Source: Pseudomonadota bacterium (lineage in GTDB: Bacteria; Bdellovibrionota; Bdellovibrionia; Bdellovibrionales; SG-bin7). From it: a stretch of 64,000 nt of DNA. Location: contig JAWXAY010000094.1 of NCBI GenBank assembly GCA_034439715.1, forward strand, positions 47,008 through 111,007, in the 5' to 3' direction. The position numbers were made by a program, and so were the translations under genes. Shown here piece by piece: positions 1-10,099 of the stretch. Each line of letters begins with the position of its first letter. Position 1 is the first letter of the stretch. The notes beneath the pieces are model-generated. The model was not told the origin of the DNA. It did not search any database and was given only the letters and a program-made list of their open reading frames with translations.

Positions 1-478
1 TTTTTTGGATGAACCCACTATAGGTCTTGATATAGTCGCCCAAAACGTGATTCGAAATTTTATTGAGCAATATATGGCTCGATACAAACCGACGATTATA
101 TTAACCAGCCATTACATGGATGATATCTCACGATTAAGTGATCGGCTCCTGTTAATTAGCGAAGGTAAAATAGTATACGATGGCAATGTTGACGAGTTTA
201 CCCTACGAGCTGAGACCAAACAAAAGCTGATGATAGTGCTTGGTTCGCCAACTCAAGAGGCGATGGAGTTTAGCGGAATCGGAGCGATCAGTGTTGGACA
301 AAAACTGATCGACCTTTCAGTTCCCGCAAAGGGTTCGGGAGAAGTCATTTCAAGAATTGCGAAATTCAATGTCATACAAGAAATCAGAATTGAAGAGTCA
401 GGGTTTGAGGAAGTCATTCATGAGTTTTTGGCGAAAAATGTACGGCACGGCAAAGTTGGCCGTGGTCTCACAGTTTGA
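1..478 (+). CDS. ABC transporter ATP-binding protein (C-terminal part, truncated by window start)
   Basis: Walker B/D-loop (FL)DEPTIGLD and H-loop ILTSHYM; followed by two ABC-2 permeases. Confidence 0.9.
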   Translation, partial: FLDEPTIGLDIVAQNVIRNFIEQYMARYKPTIILTSHYMDDISRLSDRLLLISEGKIVYDGNVDEFTLRAETKQKLMIVLGSPTQEAMEFSGIGAISVGQKLIDLSVPAKGSGEVISRIAKFNVIQEIRIEESGFEEVIHEFLAKNVRHGKVGRGLTV

Positions 479-1223
479 ATATAGAATAAATTTATTCGTT
501 GATGCTGTGATTCAGCCGCTTATTGGTTCTCTTATTGAAATGGCCATGTGGTATGCTATCTTTTCGAGTTTGGGACAGCTAACTCTTGCGGGCTATACGC
601 GCGACTATTATCTTGTCTATGCCCTCTGGGCCTCATTTTTTTCGCGGATTTCGGCCAACTGGATGTACGAGTTTCGCATGATCGATGAGATTGAATCCGG
701 AAAGATCAATGGCCTTCTCCTGAGACCCATTTCGTTTTATGAATACTATTTAGGTCAATACCTGGGGTACAAGTCTCTGACGGGAGTATTTTCTTTTTTA
801 ATTCCAATATCGGTATGCTTAGTGGTTTCGAGCCCCGTGCAATTAATCCGCTTGCCCTTGGCAGTTTCTTTATTATTTTACTATGTGATTTTTATTCATA
901 CTGTGAGTTTTTGCATTGCGAGCCTGGGATTCTTTTTTAATAAAATCCACTCCGTTACTATTGCCAAAAACATTTCCATTTGGCTTTTATCAGGAGAAAT
1001 TTTTCCGCTGGATTTAGTTCCTGACCCTTACAAAAAAATACTTTTGTGGCTGCCGTTTTCAAGCGGTGTGTTTGTCCCTACGGGATACCTAACGGGGAGG
1101 CTGCAGGTTAGCGACGTAGTATTGGGGTTTAAAAGTGTTTCGTTGGGACTTTGTGTGTCTGGGTTGGTGGCCGCCATAGTGTGGAGGCAGGGGCGCCGTG
1201 TATATAGTGGGACAGGCGCATGA
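420..1223 (+). CDS. ABC-2 family permease (DUF990-like)
   Basis: Multi-TM protein with EIESGKINGLLLRPIS motif; start placed at ATG 420 rather than TTG 357. Confidence 0.85.
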   Translation: MSFWRKMYGTAKLAVVSQFEYRINLFVDAVIQPLIGSLIEMAMWYAIFSSLGQLTLAGYTRDYYLVYALWASFFSRISANWMYEFRMIDEIESGKINGLLLRPISFYEYYLGQYLGYKSLTGVFSFLIPISVCLVVSSPVQLIRLPLAVSLLFYYVIFIHTVSFCIASLGFFFNKIHSVTIAKNISIWLLSGEIFPLDLVPDPYKKILLWLPFSSGVFVPTGYLTGRLQVSDVVLGFKSVSLGLCVSGLVAAIVWRQGRRVYSGTGA

Positions 1224-2008
1224 AAAAACATTTTAATCTTTTATTGGCATTTTTTAAGGTCAGCCTCATTGCTGAAATGGAATTTCGCTTTAACATGGTC
1301 TTAAAAATTGTCGCTGATGTGGTCTGGTATGTCGCACAGCTGAGTATTTTTGAGATTTTGTTTTTGCACTCAACTCATTATGCAGATTGGGATTTACCCT
1401 CGGTTCGGGTCTTTTTAGGAATACTGTTTTTTACAGATGTTTTTTATATGTTGTTTTTTTCTGAAAATCTCAGTCGGGTGTCTACCATGGTGAGAAATGG
1501 CGAGCTCGATCTGTTGCTTGCTAAACCAGTCAATGCACTTTTTATGGTGAGTTTTCGAAAAATAGACATCGGTTACTTTCTAAATCTGATCATAGTTGTG
1601 GGCTACCTCTTTTGGGCAATTAATAAACTGCCCATTGATCTTACGGCTTGGAATATTTTGTGGTTTTGCTTAATGGCGCCGGCCTCATTGGTCGTGTCTT
1701 ATTCAGTTCGAGTTTTTTTTGCAAGCCTTTCTATTATATTTGTAAATGCCGAAGGGGTGTCTTATCTTTGGTATAGTCTTTATAGGCTTGGCACGAGACC
1801 CGATTCAATTTATCCAACGGCCCTAAGGTATCTCATTTTAACTGTATTGCCAGTGGCGTTTCTAGCCAGCGTACCGAGTCGATTTCTATTGGGTAAACAA
1901 GAATCATGGATGTATTGGGAAGTCCCATTGGTTTGTTTTCTTTTATTCTTTGGTTGCATTCGATTTTGGAATTATTCGCTGAAAAAGTATTCGTCTGCTA
2001 GTAGTTAA
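1220..2008 (+). CDS. ABC-2 family permease (DUF990-like)
   Basis: VRNGELDLLLAKPV motif; ATGA overlap with the previous gene. Confidence 0.85.
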   Translation: MKKHFNLLLAFFKVSLIAEMEFRFNMVLKIVADVVWYVAQLSIFEILFLHSTHYADWDLPSVRVFLGILFFTDVFYMLFFSENLSRVSTMVRNGELDLLLAKPVNALFMVSFRKIDIGYFLNLIIVVGYLFWAINKLPIDLTAWNILWFCLMAPASLVVSYSVRVFFASLSIIFVNAEGVSYLWYSLYRLGTRPDSIYPTALRYLILTVLPVAFLASVPSRFLLGKQESWMYWEVPLVCFLLFFGCIRFWNYSLKKYSSASS

Positions 2009-3219
2009 GGTCCTTCAGTTAGTGAAGGATCTTCTTTAATGGCAATCTCTTTGACACTTTTGGCGCCCAGTTTTTCCAGTTTTCGGGTTTGAGAAAGAAC
2101 GCGTGAATTAAGTCGTGTTTTTGCGGCGTCGTACTCATCTTTAGCCTTAGTTAGGCATTCTCCAAGGTGGACAAAGCCCTCAACAAAATCAGCCACACGT
2201 TTGTGAAGTTCAATGCCGACTTCAGAGATTTGTTGTGCGTTTCGAGCTAATTTTTCTTCGTTCCAACCAAAGCTGATTACTTTTAGAAGTCCAATAAAAG
2301 TAGGAGGTGTGGCAACCAATATTTTTTTAGACATCGCGTATTCGATTAGGTCAGGTTGAGATTCAAGTGCGGCATACAAAAAAGACTCGTTTGGTAAAAA
2401 CATAACTGTAAAATCAGCTGAGTTTGTAAATCGTGTCGAGTAGTCCTTAAGACTTAATTTTGTGATGTGGTCTTTGATGTGCTTACCATGGCGAACCCAC
2501 TCTAATTTTCTCTGCTCTTCGGTGGGGGCATCTAAATAGGCTAAAAAGGCATCAATGGGAGTCTTGGCATCAACCAACACCAAGCGGCCGCCGGGCATTT
2601 TGACTGTCATGTCGGGAATGAGTCTTTGGCCATCAAGATCAGTTTGCACATCTTGAAATACGATATCGGCGTACTCTGACATGCCAGAAAGCTCGATACA
2701 GTTTTTTAGCTGCATTTCGCCCCAGCGTCCGCGCACGTGGGGTTTTTTTAGACTGTCTTTTAGGGCTGAAGTGGCTTGAGTGAGCTCCCGGTTTGTTAAT
2801 GCAATTCGCTCGAGCTCACCTTCGACTTTATGGTAAGACTTTTGCCTTTCTTTTTCTAACTCGTTAATTTGAGTTTGATACTTTTGCAGGGTTTCGCTGA
2901 GTGGCTTTACCAAATCATCGACCGCTTTCTGACGCTTTTCAAGTTCATGGCTTGAACTCATTTTTTCTTTATCCAAGACCGACTTTGCGAGATCTAGAAA
3001 TTGTTTGTTATTGCCCTCTAGTGCGGTAGAGGCGAGACTCTTAAAAGCGTCTTGAAGACTGGCTTTGCTTTGAATTAAAAGAGAAGCTTCGCTTTGGCGC
3101 AACTGATTAATGTATTTCAGTTCTGAGTTTAACTTTTGAACTTTAAAAAGTTCTCGCAAAAAGAGTATTGCGAGAATTCCTGCCGCGACTATTGAAGCAA
3201 TGAGACCAGTTAACATCAT
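2005..3219 (-). CDS. rmuC: DNA recombination protein RmuC
   Basis: N-terminal TM and coiled coil, RGRWGEMQL, PD...VDAK nuclease-like motif, FTVMFLPNES. Confidence 0.92.
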   Translation of the reverse strand: MMLTGLIASIVAAGILAILFLRELFKVQKLNSELKYINQLRQSEASLLIQSKASLQDAFKSLASTALEGNNKQFLDLAKSVLDKEKMSSSHELEKRQKAVDDLVKPLSETLQKYQTQINELEKERQKSYHKVEGELERIALTNRELTQATSALKDSLKKPHVRGRWGEMQLKNCIELSGMSEYADIVFQDVQTDLDGQRLIPDMTVKMPGGRLVLVDAKTPIDAFLAYLDAPTEEQRKLEWVRHGKHIKDHITKLSLKDYSTRFTNSADFTVMFLPNESFLYAALESQPDLIEYAMSKKILVATPPTFIGLLKVISFGWNEEKLARNAQQISEVGIELHKRVADFVEGFVHLGECLTKAKDEYDAAKTRLNSRVLSQTRKLEKLGAKSVKEIAIKEDPSLTEGP

Positions 3220-3222
3220 GAT

Positions 3223-3591
3223 TTAGTATTTTGGTTTCATAAGTTTTAAGACATTTCCGTCAACGTCTTCAAAAACCAGCATGTGTCCCCATGCGGCGTC
3301 GTCTTCTCCCAATATTTTAGCGCCATGTTTTTCAAGTCGCTTTCGGTCCTCGGAAATATTGTCTGATTTTAGGGTTAAGGTCCCGCCGGCGTAGGCTCCA
3401 TGAGAATCTCGCGCAAATTTGGGGATATCATGTTCTACCGAGTGCAGGCCAATGTGGGCTGAGCCGCATTCCATTGAGGTCCAACCTTTCTCTTGAAAAC
3501 TGACCTTCATGCAAAGGGCGTCGGTATAAAACTGGACGGATTTTTTTATGTCTTTTACATTATAGTGAAAATCTTGAATACCCGTGATCAT
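3223..3591 (-). CDS. VOC/glyoxalase family protein
   Basis: VKDIKKSVQFYTDAL and WGHMLVFEDVDGNVLKL; start set at ATG 3591 because the longer ORF runs into the tRNA. Confidence 0.85.
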   Translation of the reverse strand: MITGIQDFHYNVKDIKKSVQFYTDALCMKVSFQEKGWTSMECGSAHIGLHSVEHDIPKFARDSHGAYAGGTLTLKSDNISEDRKRLEKHGAKILGEDDAAWGHMLVFEDVDGNVLKLMKPKY

Positions 3592-3612
3592 AAATGATTC
3601 CCCCAAAAAAAG

Positions 3613-3688
<76 letters not shown>

Positions 3689-3876
3689 ACCAGAATTGGT
3701 TTCGTCTGTTGAAGTTTAAGGGTAATTAATTAAAATGGGGGGGTAACTTAGTCAAAAGATTCCGTGGGTTTGATTAGAGTTTTAAATTAATCAGCCCGAT
3801 TGTGCCGATAAATTAAGCGGGCGAATACCAAAACTTGAAAAAATATTGCGAAGATATGATTCCGGCAAAGATAGTG

Positions 3877-3898
3877 CTGGGGACAGATATGTCCCCAG
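3877..3898. promoter_or_regulatory. Perfect 9-bp inverted repeat, candidate operator
   Basis: CTGGGGACA-gata-TGTCCCCAG about 65 bp upstream of the HTH regulator gene. Confidence 0.55.
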
Positions 3899-3963
3899 TT
3901 TGTGGACAATTGAGTAGACATTCCTAGAAATACTTATTTAAGATTCCTTTCTGAGGGTTAGAA

Positions 3964-4737
3964 ATGATTGAGACTCAAGACCTGCGTACTGACGATCTTA
4001 AGCACCGATTACAATCGGAACTGATTGAACGCTGCCGAAAGAATCCTAAATACTCGTTGAGAGCTTTTGCTAAAGCCTTAGATATGGACCATTCACTATT
4101 ATCCAAAGTTGTTCGCGGGCAGAGGCCTCTGGGTAAAAAGCTCTCTCGAAAATTGCAGGCGCAATTAGGTTGGACGGACTCCCAGGGCAGAGAATTTGGC
4201 GCGAATTACCACACTATTCCCAGTGATCACTTTTCTTTGATAGCAGATTGGTACCATTTCGCCATTTTTGAACTTACTTCTGTTTTGGGATTTCGAGCTG
4301 ACCCAAAGTGGATTGCGCAAAAATTAAATATTACGGTATCTGAGGTGAGAGCGGCTATAGAGCGCTTAGTACGAATGAAATATTTGTCATGGCAGAATTT
4401 GCAATCGCAGGGAAAGACAAAAGAGGAAACGCTTGTCAAAAACCGCGATAATATTACGACGGTTGGCAATGATTTCACCGTCGCAGGCTTTCGAGTGTTA
4501 CAAAAACAGGTTTTAGAAAAAGCTCTTTGGGCCTTAGAAAACGTGCCCTTTGAGTGTCGAGATCAGTCCTCGTTAACAATTGCGATTAATAAAGCTCAAT
4601 TGCCTGAAATCAAAAGAATGATTAAGGATTTTCGCCGGAAGATTTGTAAGTTTACGTCGGCAAATTCAAAAAAAACAGATATTTATCAGTTAGGAATTTC
4701 TTTTTATCCAATTTCAAAAAATGAGGGGGAATCATGA
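3964..4737 (+). CDS. TIGR02147/DUF4423 family HTH protein (putative regulator)
   Basis: KNPKYSLRAFAKAL HTH, WYHFAIFEL, ECRDQSSLT and IYQLGISFYPIS family motifs. Confidence 0.85.
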   Translation: MIETQDLRTDDLKHRLQSELIERCRKNPKYSLRAFAKALDMDHSLLSKVVRGQRPLGKKLSRKLQAQLGWTDSQGREFGANYHTIPSDHFSLIADWYHFAIFELTSVLGFRADPKWIAQKLNITVSEVRAAIERLVRMKYLSWQNLQSQGKTKEETLVKNRDNITTVGNDFTVAGFRVLQKQVLEKALWALENVPFECRDQSSLTIAINKAQLPEIKRMIKDFRRKICKFTSANSKKTDIYQLGISFYPISKNEGES

Positions 4738-5732
4738 AAAACTATCTATTATTAATTGTTACGAGCTTGTTAATGTTTTCTAGTCTTGGATTAGCTGACG
4801 GCGGCGAAGGACATGGCGGAGATGATCTGCGTACACTTTTTTATCGTGCGCGAGCATTGGCGGAATACAAACTCAAACACCTTAAGGCGTGTAGTTTTCA
4901 AGGGCGCGTTGATGAATCGACAAAGCAATGGATTTTGGATCGCAGAGACCAACTGGCTGAAGACGTTTTAAAAAGCAAACATATTTGGTTAAGCGATATG
5001 CAAACTACGTGCGCCTTTACTAAGATACATATTGGCGCTGACATCTATTTATCGTTTCCAGCTTGTCGCAATATTACTCAGATAGAGCAGGCGGCTGAGC
5101 TTTTGGTGCACGAAACGGCTCATCACTTTGATATCACTGAAGAGGGTGAGGCCGATCGCATTGCCGTTGCAGTAATGACATCACGCGATGTTGATAGTTG
5201 CCCCGAGGATCCCGAAGACCCTTTCAATCCGCGCATTTGTGCGGGCGTTCCGATGACGAAGGATCAAGCGTTAAGATACTTTGAAGCGGGAACAACAGTT
5301 TCGAGGGTAGTTGGCTATTCTGATGTCTATCATCGTATTCGTAGCTGTAATAAATTTACAGGGTGTAAGCCCTGGGAGATTACTAAAAATATAATTCCGC
5401 TGCGCGTTTGGGAAAATGGGGGTTATCAAGTAAAAAGTTTCGACTTTTCTCGCCGCGCAAATTATTTTCAAATCGTAAACAATAATCCTTCCATTATGAT
5501 GAAACAACTAGACCCGATTTTTATTCGATGTGACTCGGTTGGGGATAATATTTCTAATTGCTCCGCCCTCTCTTCAAACGGAACTGAGGTTCTCTTAAGT
5601 AAAGGATCAGCTATTCGGCTTTCGGGAACAATTAAGCCATCATGTGCCTGGTTTAGGCATGCCGATATTAGTGTAATTTCAAAAGAAGGTAATTACACAG
5701 AAAACGAATTGGTATTAACTAGTTTTTACTAA
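4734..5732 (+). CDS. Secreted protein with HEXXH motif (putative metallopeptidase-like)
   Basis: Signal peptide, GGEGHGGD after cleavage site, LVHETAHH followed by EGEAD, several Cys. Confidence 0.7.
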   Translation: MKNYLLLIVTSLLMFSSLGLADGGEGHGGDDLRTLFYRARALAEYKLKHLKACSFQGRVDESTKQWILDRRDQLAEDVLKSKHIWLSDMQTTCAFTKIHIGADIYLSFPACRNITQIEQAAELLVHETAHHFDITEEGEADRIAVAVMTSRDVDSCPEDPEDPFNPRICAGVPMTKDQALRYFEAGTTVSRVVGYSDVYHRIRSCNKFTGCKPWEITKNIIPLRVWENGGYQVKSFDFSRRANYFQIVNNNPSIMMKQLDPIFIRCDSVGDNISNCSALSSNGTEVLLSKGSAIRLSGTIKPSCAWFRHADISVISKEGNYTENELVLTSFY

Positions 5733-5758
5733 ATTTTCTAAAAAGAATAGAAGGCTAT

Positions 5759-5782
5759 AAGGGCGAGATCTTCTCGCCTTTT
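5759..5782 (+). terminator. Rho-independent terminator
   Basis: AAGGGCGAGA-tct-TCTCGCCTTTT hairpin after the 5732 stop. Confidence 0.6.
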
Positions 5783-5868
5783 CCAACCTTCAGTTACATA
5801 ACAATATTGTCTAGATATTTGTCCAGGTTAGTTGTGGGTCTTTTCCCTTTACGAGCCCTGAGACGCCT

Positions 5869-5886
5869 GATCTAATTAATTAGATC
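5869..5886. promoter_or_regulatory. Perfect 18-bp palindrome, candidate operator
   Basis: GATCTAATTAATTAGATC just upstream of the GGAGG RBS of the 5906 gene. Confidence 0.5.
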
Positions 5887-5905
5887 TATAAAAAACGGAG
5901 GTTTT

Positions 5906-7054
5906 ATGTCTCGGATCACTAGACTATTAATTTTATCACTTTTGCCGAGTGTTCTGGCATCTGTTGCACTTGCTGCTCCGGAATGGACAATTGAAAAGGT
6001 TGATAGAGCGGCCTCGGGGAATAGGATGGTCCAACTCAATATTTCTAAAAATGGTGATAAGCATTTAGTTTATACCGGTTGTTCTGACGGGCCATGTGCT
6101 CGAAGCGAACTTTTTTATTCTGTTTTAGCAGGGCGCTCTGACTGGCAAAAGACTTCCGTCGATGCTTCGACAGATGACACAGGCACGGGTTGGTTTCCGA
6201 GTATTGCTTTTGACGCCAAATCAATTGCTCATATTTTTTATGCTGACCATGAAGCACAAACTCTTCGCTATGCTACGAACAAAGATTCAAAATGGAAAAC
6301 TCAAGATTTGGGATCGGGTCGCGGTGGCTGGTGGACATCAAGTGCTGCAGCTAACGGAAAAGTTTATTTTGCCCATACAAAACTTCCAGAACAAGGTTGG
6401 GAGAATGCGGCTCTTGAGGTGGGAACGCTTGAAAACGATAAATGGACTCTTGAAGTAGTGGATGGGGCTCGCAATGCGGGTTGGTTTACTTCAATGGCCG
6501 TGTTACCCAATGGAAATCCCGTCGTAAGTTACAATGCTGTTTTTAGTCAGCCAACGGGTGCAATAAAAGTCGCCATTAAAGGCGCCAATAATTGGGACAT
6601 TGTTGATATCGATAATACATCTGTGAAACATCATGTCGCCGTGGATAGCGCGGGCAACATTCATCTTGTTTATCAGAAGGTGTCATCTGGTCAGGCTGCG
6701 AAAAGCGCATTTTCGTTGGTTCATGTGACAAACGCCAGCGGTACTTGGAAGCGCACTAATCTACAAGAGGTCGGAGATGAGGGCGTTAACAACACGGGCT
6801 ACTTTCCAAGAATTACTACAGACGCCAGTGGGGGTTTGCATATAGCTTACACCACGATTAAAGATCAGATGATTTATGCGCGAAAACTAAATGCGAATAC
6901 TAATTGGGAGTATTATTCCTTCGACGACCTCGGCGGAACTTACTATCCGTGGATTGAAGTTGAACCCAGTGGTATGGTAAGTATAGCTTACGAGCGTAGC
7001 GGTAATATATATCTCGCGACTTGTAGCAACTGTTCATCAAGAGGGAAACCTTGA
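5906..7054 (+). CDS. Secreted repeat protein, probable beta-propeller
   Basis: Signal peptide; repeats SIAFDAKSIAHIFY, SMAVLPNGNPVVSY, HVAVDSAGNIHLVY, RITTDASGGLHIAY; GGAGG RBS. Confidence 0.75.
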   Translation: MSRITRLLILSLLPSVLASVALAAPEWTIEKVDRAASGNRMVQLNISKNGDKHLVYTGCSDGPCARSELFYSVLAGRSDWQKTSVDASTDDTGTGWFPSIAFDAKSIAHIFYADHEAQTLRYATNKDSKWKTQDLGSGRGGWWTSSAAANGKVYFAHTKLPEQGWENAALEVGTLENDKWTLEVVDGARNAGWFTSMAVLPNGNPVVSYNAVFSQPTGAIKVAIKGANNWDIVDIDNTSVKHHVAVDSAGNIHLVYQKVSSGQAAKSAFSLVHVTNASGTWKRTNLQEVGDEGVNNTGYFPRITTDASGGLHIAYTTIKDQMIYARKLNANTNWEYYSFDDLGGTYYPWIEVEPSGMVSIAYERSGNIYLATCSNCSSRGKP

Positions 7055-7081
7055 GATTTGTCGGGAGGCTCGATGATCGTC

Positions 7082-8245
7082 CTAGCACTTCTTAAGTGCG
7101 GTTTCCAGATCGTTTAATAAATCCACCTGTGATTCAATTCCTACACTCAAGCGCACGAGTGTATCGCTAATTCCAAGTGCCTTGCGGTTTTCTGCCGGCA
7201 CGCTCGCATGAGTCATAATTGCGGGGTGCTCGATCAACGACTCTACGCCACCTAAGCTTTCGGCCAATGAAAAAACACGAACGGATTCTAAAAATGAGCG
7301 CGCCGTTGCGAGATCACCTTTAAGATAAAAAGTAATCATGCCGCCAAAACCCGACATTTGTTTTTTTGCGAGTTCATGTTGTGGGTGACTTTTTAAGCCT
7401 GGATAAATCACCTTCTCAACTTTTTTATGATCTTCTAAAAACCTTGCTAGTGCCTCGGCATTTTCTTGGTGGGCTCGCATACGAACTGCCAGGGTCTTTA
7501 GACTTCTTAAGCATAGAAAAGAATCAAACGGTGCGGCAATGCCACCTATGGAGTTACTTAAAAAAGCAATTCGTTCTGCAAGCGCGGGGGTATTGGTTAC
7601 CGCTACGCCGCCCACAATATCGCTATGGCCATTAATAAACTTAGTCGAAGAGTGCATAACGACATCAGCACCTAAATCTAAGGGTTTTTGAAAGTAAGGG
7701 CTCATAAAAGTATTATCGACCACAGTTATTGATTTATTCTTGCGTGCAATATCAGATATTTTTTTTATGTCGACAAGTTTAAGCATGGGATTCGTCGGTG
7801 TTTCAACCCACACAAGTTTTGTGTTCTTTTTGAGAGCGTTATTTAGGTTTTTCATATCGGTTAAATCGACATAAGAAAACTCAATGCCATTATGCTTTAG
7901 TACCTTATCAAAAAGTCGAAATGTTCCGCCGTACATATCGTCGCCCGCAACTACATGATCACCAGCCTTCAGCAAGTGCAGTATAGTGGTGGTGGCTGCG
8001 CAGCCCGAAGCAAAAGCATAACCAAACTTACCTCCCTCAAGGCTAGCAATACAATCTTCGTAAGCCTTTCGCGTGGGATTACTTGTTCGGCTATAGTCGT
8101 AGCCTTTGTGTTTACCCGGAGAAGACTGAACATATGTTGAAGTGAGGTAAACAGGCGTCATGATTGCACCCGTCGTGGGATCGGGTTCTTGACCCGCATG
8201 AATGGCACGTGTCTCAAAGCCAAATTTATTAATTGGCCAATCCAT
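7082..8245 (-). CDS. Cystathionine gamma-lyase/gamma-synthase (PLP-dependent)
   Basis: YDYSRTSNPTR, ETPTNP, HSSTKFINGHSD, SLAESLGGVESL; cotranscribed with CBS. Confidence 0.93.
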   Translation of the reverse strand: MDWPINKFGFETRAIHAGQEPDPTTGAIMTPVYLTSTYVQSSPGKHKGYDYSRTSNPTRKAYEDCIASLEGGKFGYAFASGCAATTTILHLLKAGDHVVAGDDMYGGTFRLFDKVLKHNGIEFSYVDLTDMKNLNNALKKNTKLVWVETPTNPMLKLVDIKKISDIARKNKSITVVDNTFMSPYFQKPLDLGADVVMHSSTKFINGHSDIVGGVAVTNTPALAERIAFLSNSIGGIAAPFDSFLCLRSLKTLAVRMRAHQENAEALARFLEDHKKVEKVIYPGLKSHPQHELAKKQMSGFGGMITFYLKGDLATARSFLESVRVFSLAESLGGVESLIEHPAIMTHASVPAENRKALGISDTLVRLSVGIESQVDLLNDLETALKKC

Positions 8246-8268
8246 ATTTGTCTCCTTTTTTTAGGTCC

Positions 8269-9645
8269 CTAAAGGTGTTGTCCCATGTATTCCAGCAAAT
8301 CAATTTTTGTGACAATTCGCATTTTACCCTGTTGATTTTTTACCAGTGCCACCATGCCCTGTTTAAAATGTTCTGCTAATTGTTGTAGGGTTTCATCCCA
8401 TTCAACCCAAACTATATTACCTTTAATAAGATGTATTATGGGATCCTGAGGTTTAATTTTTCCGCTAGCAAGTGGCTCTAAGAGATCGGACTCGTCGATT
8501 ATGCCGACCAGGGTATCGTCTGAAAAAATCGGAACCTGAGAAATGCCCACTTTTTTAAGTGTGGTCACAACGTCCATAACAGTCTGATCGACCTTACAAG
8601 ATATGACGTCATGGTCTTTGGCGCGCAATGCAATAAGGTTTCCGACAGTTCTTTCTGTAAGTGGAGAGGGTAAAAAGCCATTATCTCTAAGCCAAGCATC
8701 ATTAAAGGCCTTGCTGAGATAACTTTTGCCGTGATCTGGTAATATGACGAGAATATTTGACGGTTTTTCAAGTTTTTCAGAATACTCAATGGCGCCAGCC
8801 AAAGCCATTCCCGATGAGGGCCCGACACAAATTCCTTCTTTAGCTACCAGCTCGCGACACATTACAAAAGATCTTTTGTCGTCCATCCTCAAAAAAGCAT
8901 CAACATAGTTAAAATCCCAAACAGTCGGTAAAAAATCCTCACCAACTCCCTCTACTTTATAGGAATGTGCGGGTGTTCGGACTTCTTTATAATAATAGAG
9001 ATCAAAGAGAATGCTCCCGATAGGATCGATCACCACCATCTTTATGTTTTTATTTTTCTCTTTTAGAAATTTTGAAACCCCCGTTACGGTTCCACCTGTT
9101 CCACCGCCGGCAACAACGACGTCAACTTTTCCACTCATTTGTTCCCAAATTTCGGGACCCGTAGATTTATAATGGGCCAATGTATTGTCTTGATTGTGAT
9201 ATTGATTGGAATAAAAACAGTTGGGGGTAATTTCGACGAGTTTTTTAGCGACACTATAATAACTGCGTGCATCTGAAGGTTCTACGGCAGTAGGGGTAAC
9301 GACAACTTTAGCGCCATAGGCTCTCAAGATCGAACGTTTTTCTTCGCTCACTTTATCGGGCATTACAAAAATTGTTTTATATCCTTTTATGCAGGCGGCA
9401 ATTGCTAGGCCTAAGCCTGTGTTTCCTGACGTAGCTTCGATAATTGTGGCGCCAGGTTTTAACTCTCCACGGCGTTCGGCTTCCTCTATTATATATTTGG
9501 CGACGCGATCTTTTACACTCTGACCTGGGTTAAAGTATTCAATCTTACCAAAAAAATTGTGTTTGCCCTTAGGTACAACGTGGTTAAGTCGTACAATGGG
9601 AGTATTTCCAATAGTTTCCAAAATGTTATCTCTGACACCCTTCAT
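8269..9645 (-). CDS. Cystathionine beta-synthase with C-terminal CBS domains
   Basis: IGNTP, NPGQSVKDR, EATSGNTG, GGGTGGT; start at ATG 9645 with AGGAG RBS. Confidence 0.9.
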   Translation of the reverse strand: MKGVRDNILETIGNTPIVRLNHVVPKGKHNFFGKIEYFNPGQSVKDRVAKYIIEEAERRGELKPGATIIEATSGNTGLGLAIAACIKGYKTIFVMPDKVSEEKRSILRAYGAKVVVTPTAVEPSDARSYYSVAKKLVEITPNCFYSNQYHNQDNTLAHYKSTGPEIWEQMSGKVDVVVAGGGTGGTVTGVSKFLKEKNKNIKMVVIDPIGSILFDLYYYKEVRTPAHSYKVEGVGEDFLPTVWDFNYVDAFLRMDDKRSFVMCRELVAKEGICVGPSSGMALAGAIEYSEKLEKPSNILVILPDHGKSYLSKAFNDAWLRDNGFLPSPLTERTVGNLIALRAKDHDVISCKVDQTVMDVVTTLKKVGISQVPIFSDDTLVGIIDESDLLEPLASGKIKPQDPIIHLIKGNIVWVEWDETLQQLAEHFKQGMVALVKNQQGKMRIVTKIDLLEYMGQHL

Positions 9646-9715
9646 GAAAACTCCTTGCGCGGGGGAATCGCATCTTCTATGCTTTAATTTGTAAGATATC
9701 AGGCGGGGGAATGTC

Positions 9716-10099
9716 ATGCAAAATTCCAATAAAAGCTTTAAATTACTCGTGCTTTGGGTTTTTATATTGTATTCGGCAGTTGTTTTCTCTGCCGGCGTGG
9801 CATTGGGCGGGGTCGGAATTTCAGTTCGCCTTGAAGAAGACGGATCCTTTAGAATCTCTGAAATTGTAAGTGGAAGTCCTGCCGAGAAGGTAGGCCTAAT
9901 CGTTGGCGAAGAAGTTAAAGGTGTAGATGGCGTAAGTACTTCACGTAAGACTTTGGAAGAGGTGGTAAATTTGATTCGCGGGACCGAAGGGACCTGTGTT
10001 CTTTTATCCCTAAAACATACCACTTATCCTAATCTAAGGCATATTAAAGTGCGACGATACATATTAGCCAACATATTCGCCTCAGAAGACTGTATTTAA
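9716..10099 (+). CDS. Stand-alone secreted PDZ-domain protein
   Basis: Signal peptide then GGVGIS...GSPAEKVGL...VDGVST...LIRGTEGT, like the PDZ of S41 C-terminal proteases. Confidence 0.75.
   Translation: MQNSNKSFKLLVLWVFILYSAVVFSAGVALGGVGISVRLEEDGSFRISEIVSGSPAEKVGLIVGEEVKGVDGVSTSRKTLEEVVNLIRGTEGTCVLLSLKHTTYPNLRHIKVRRYILANIFASEDCI

Noticed and set aside
3804..3811. GCCGATAA sigma28 -10 box upstream of the TIGR02147 gene
   Set aside because: No TAAA at 15-nt spacing (nearest is 17 nt), so not called
9646..10023. 126-aa N-terminal extension of cystathionine beta-synthase
   Set aside because: Antisense to the PDZ gene; true start at 9645 has an AGGAG RBS
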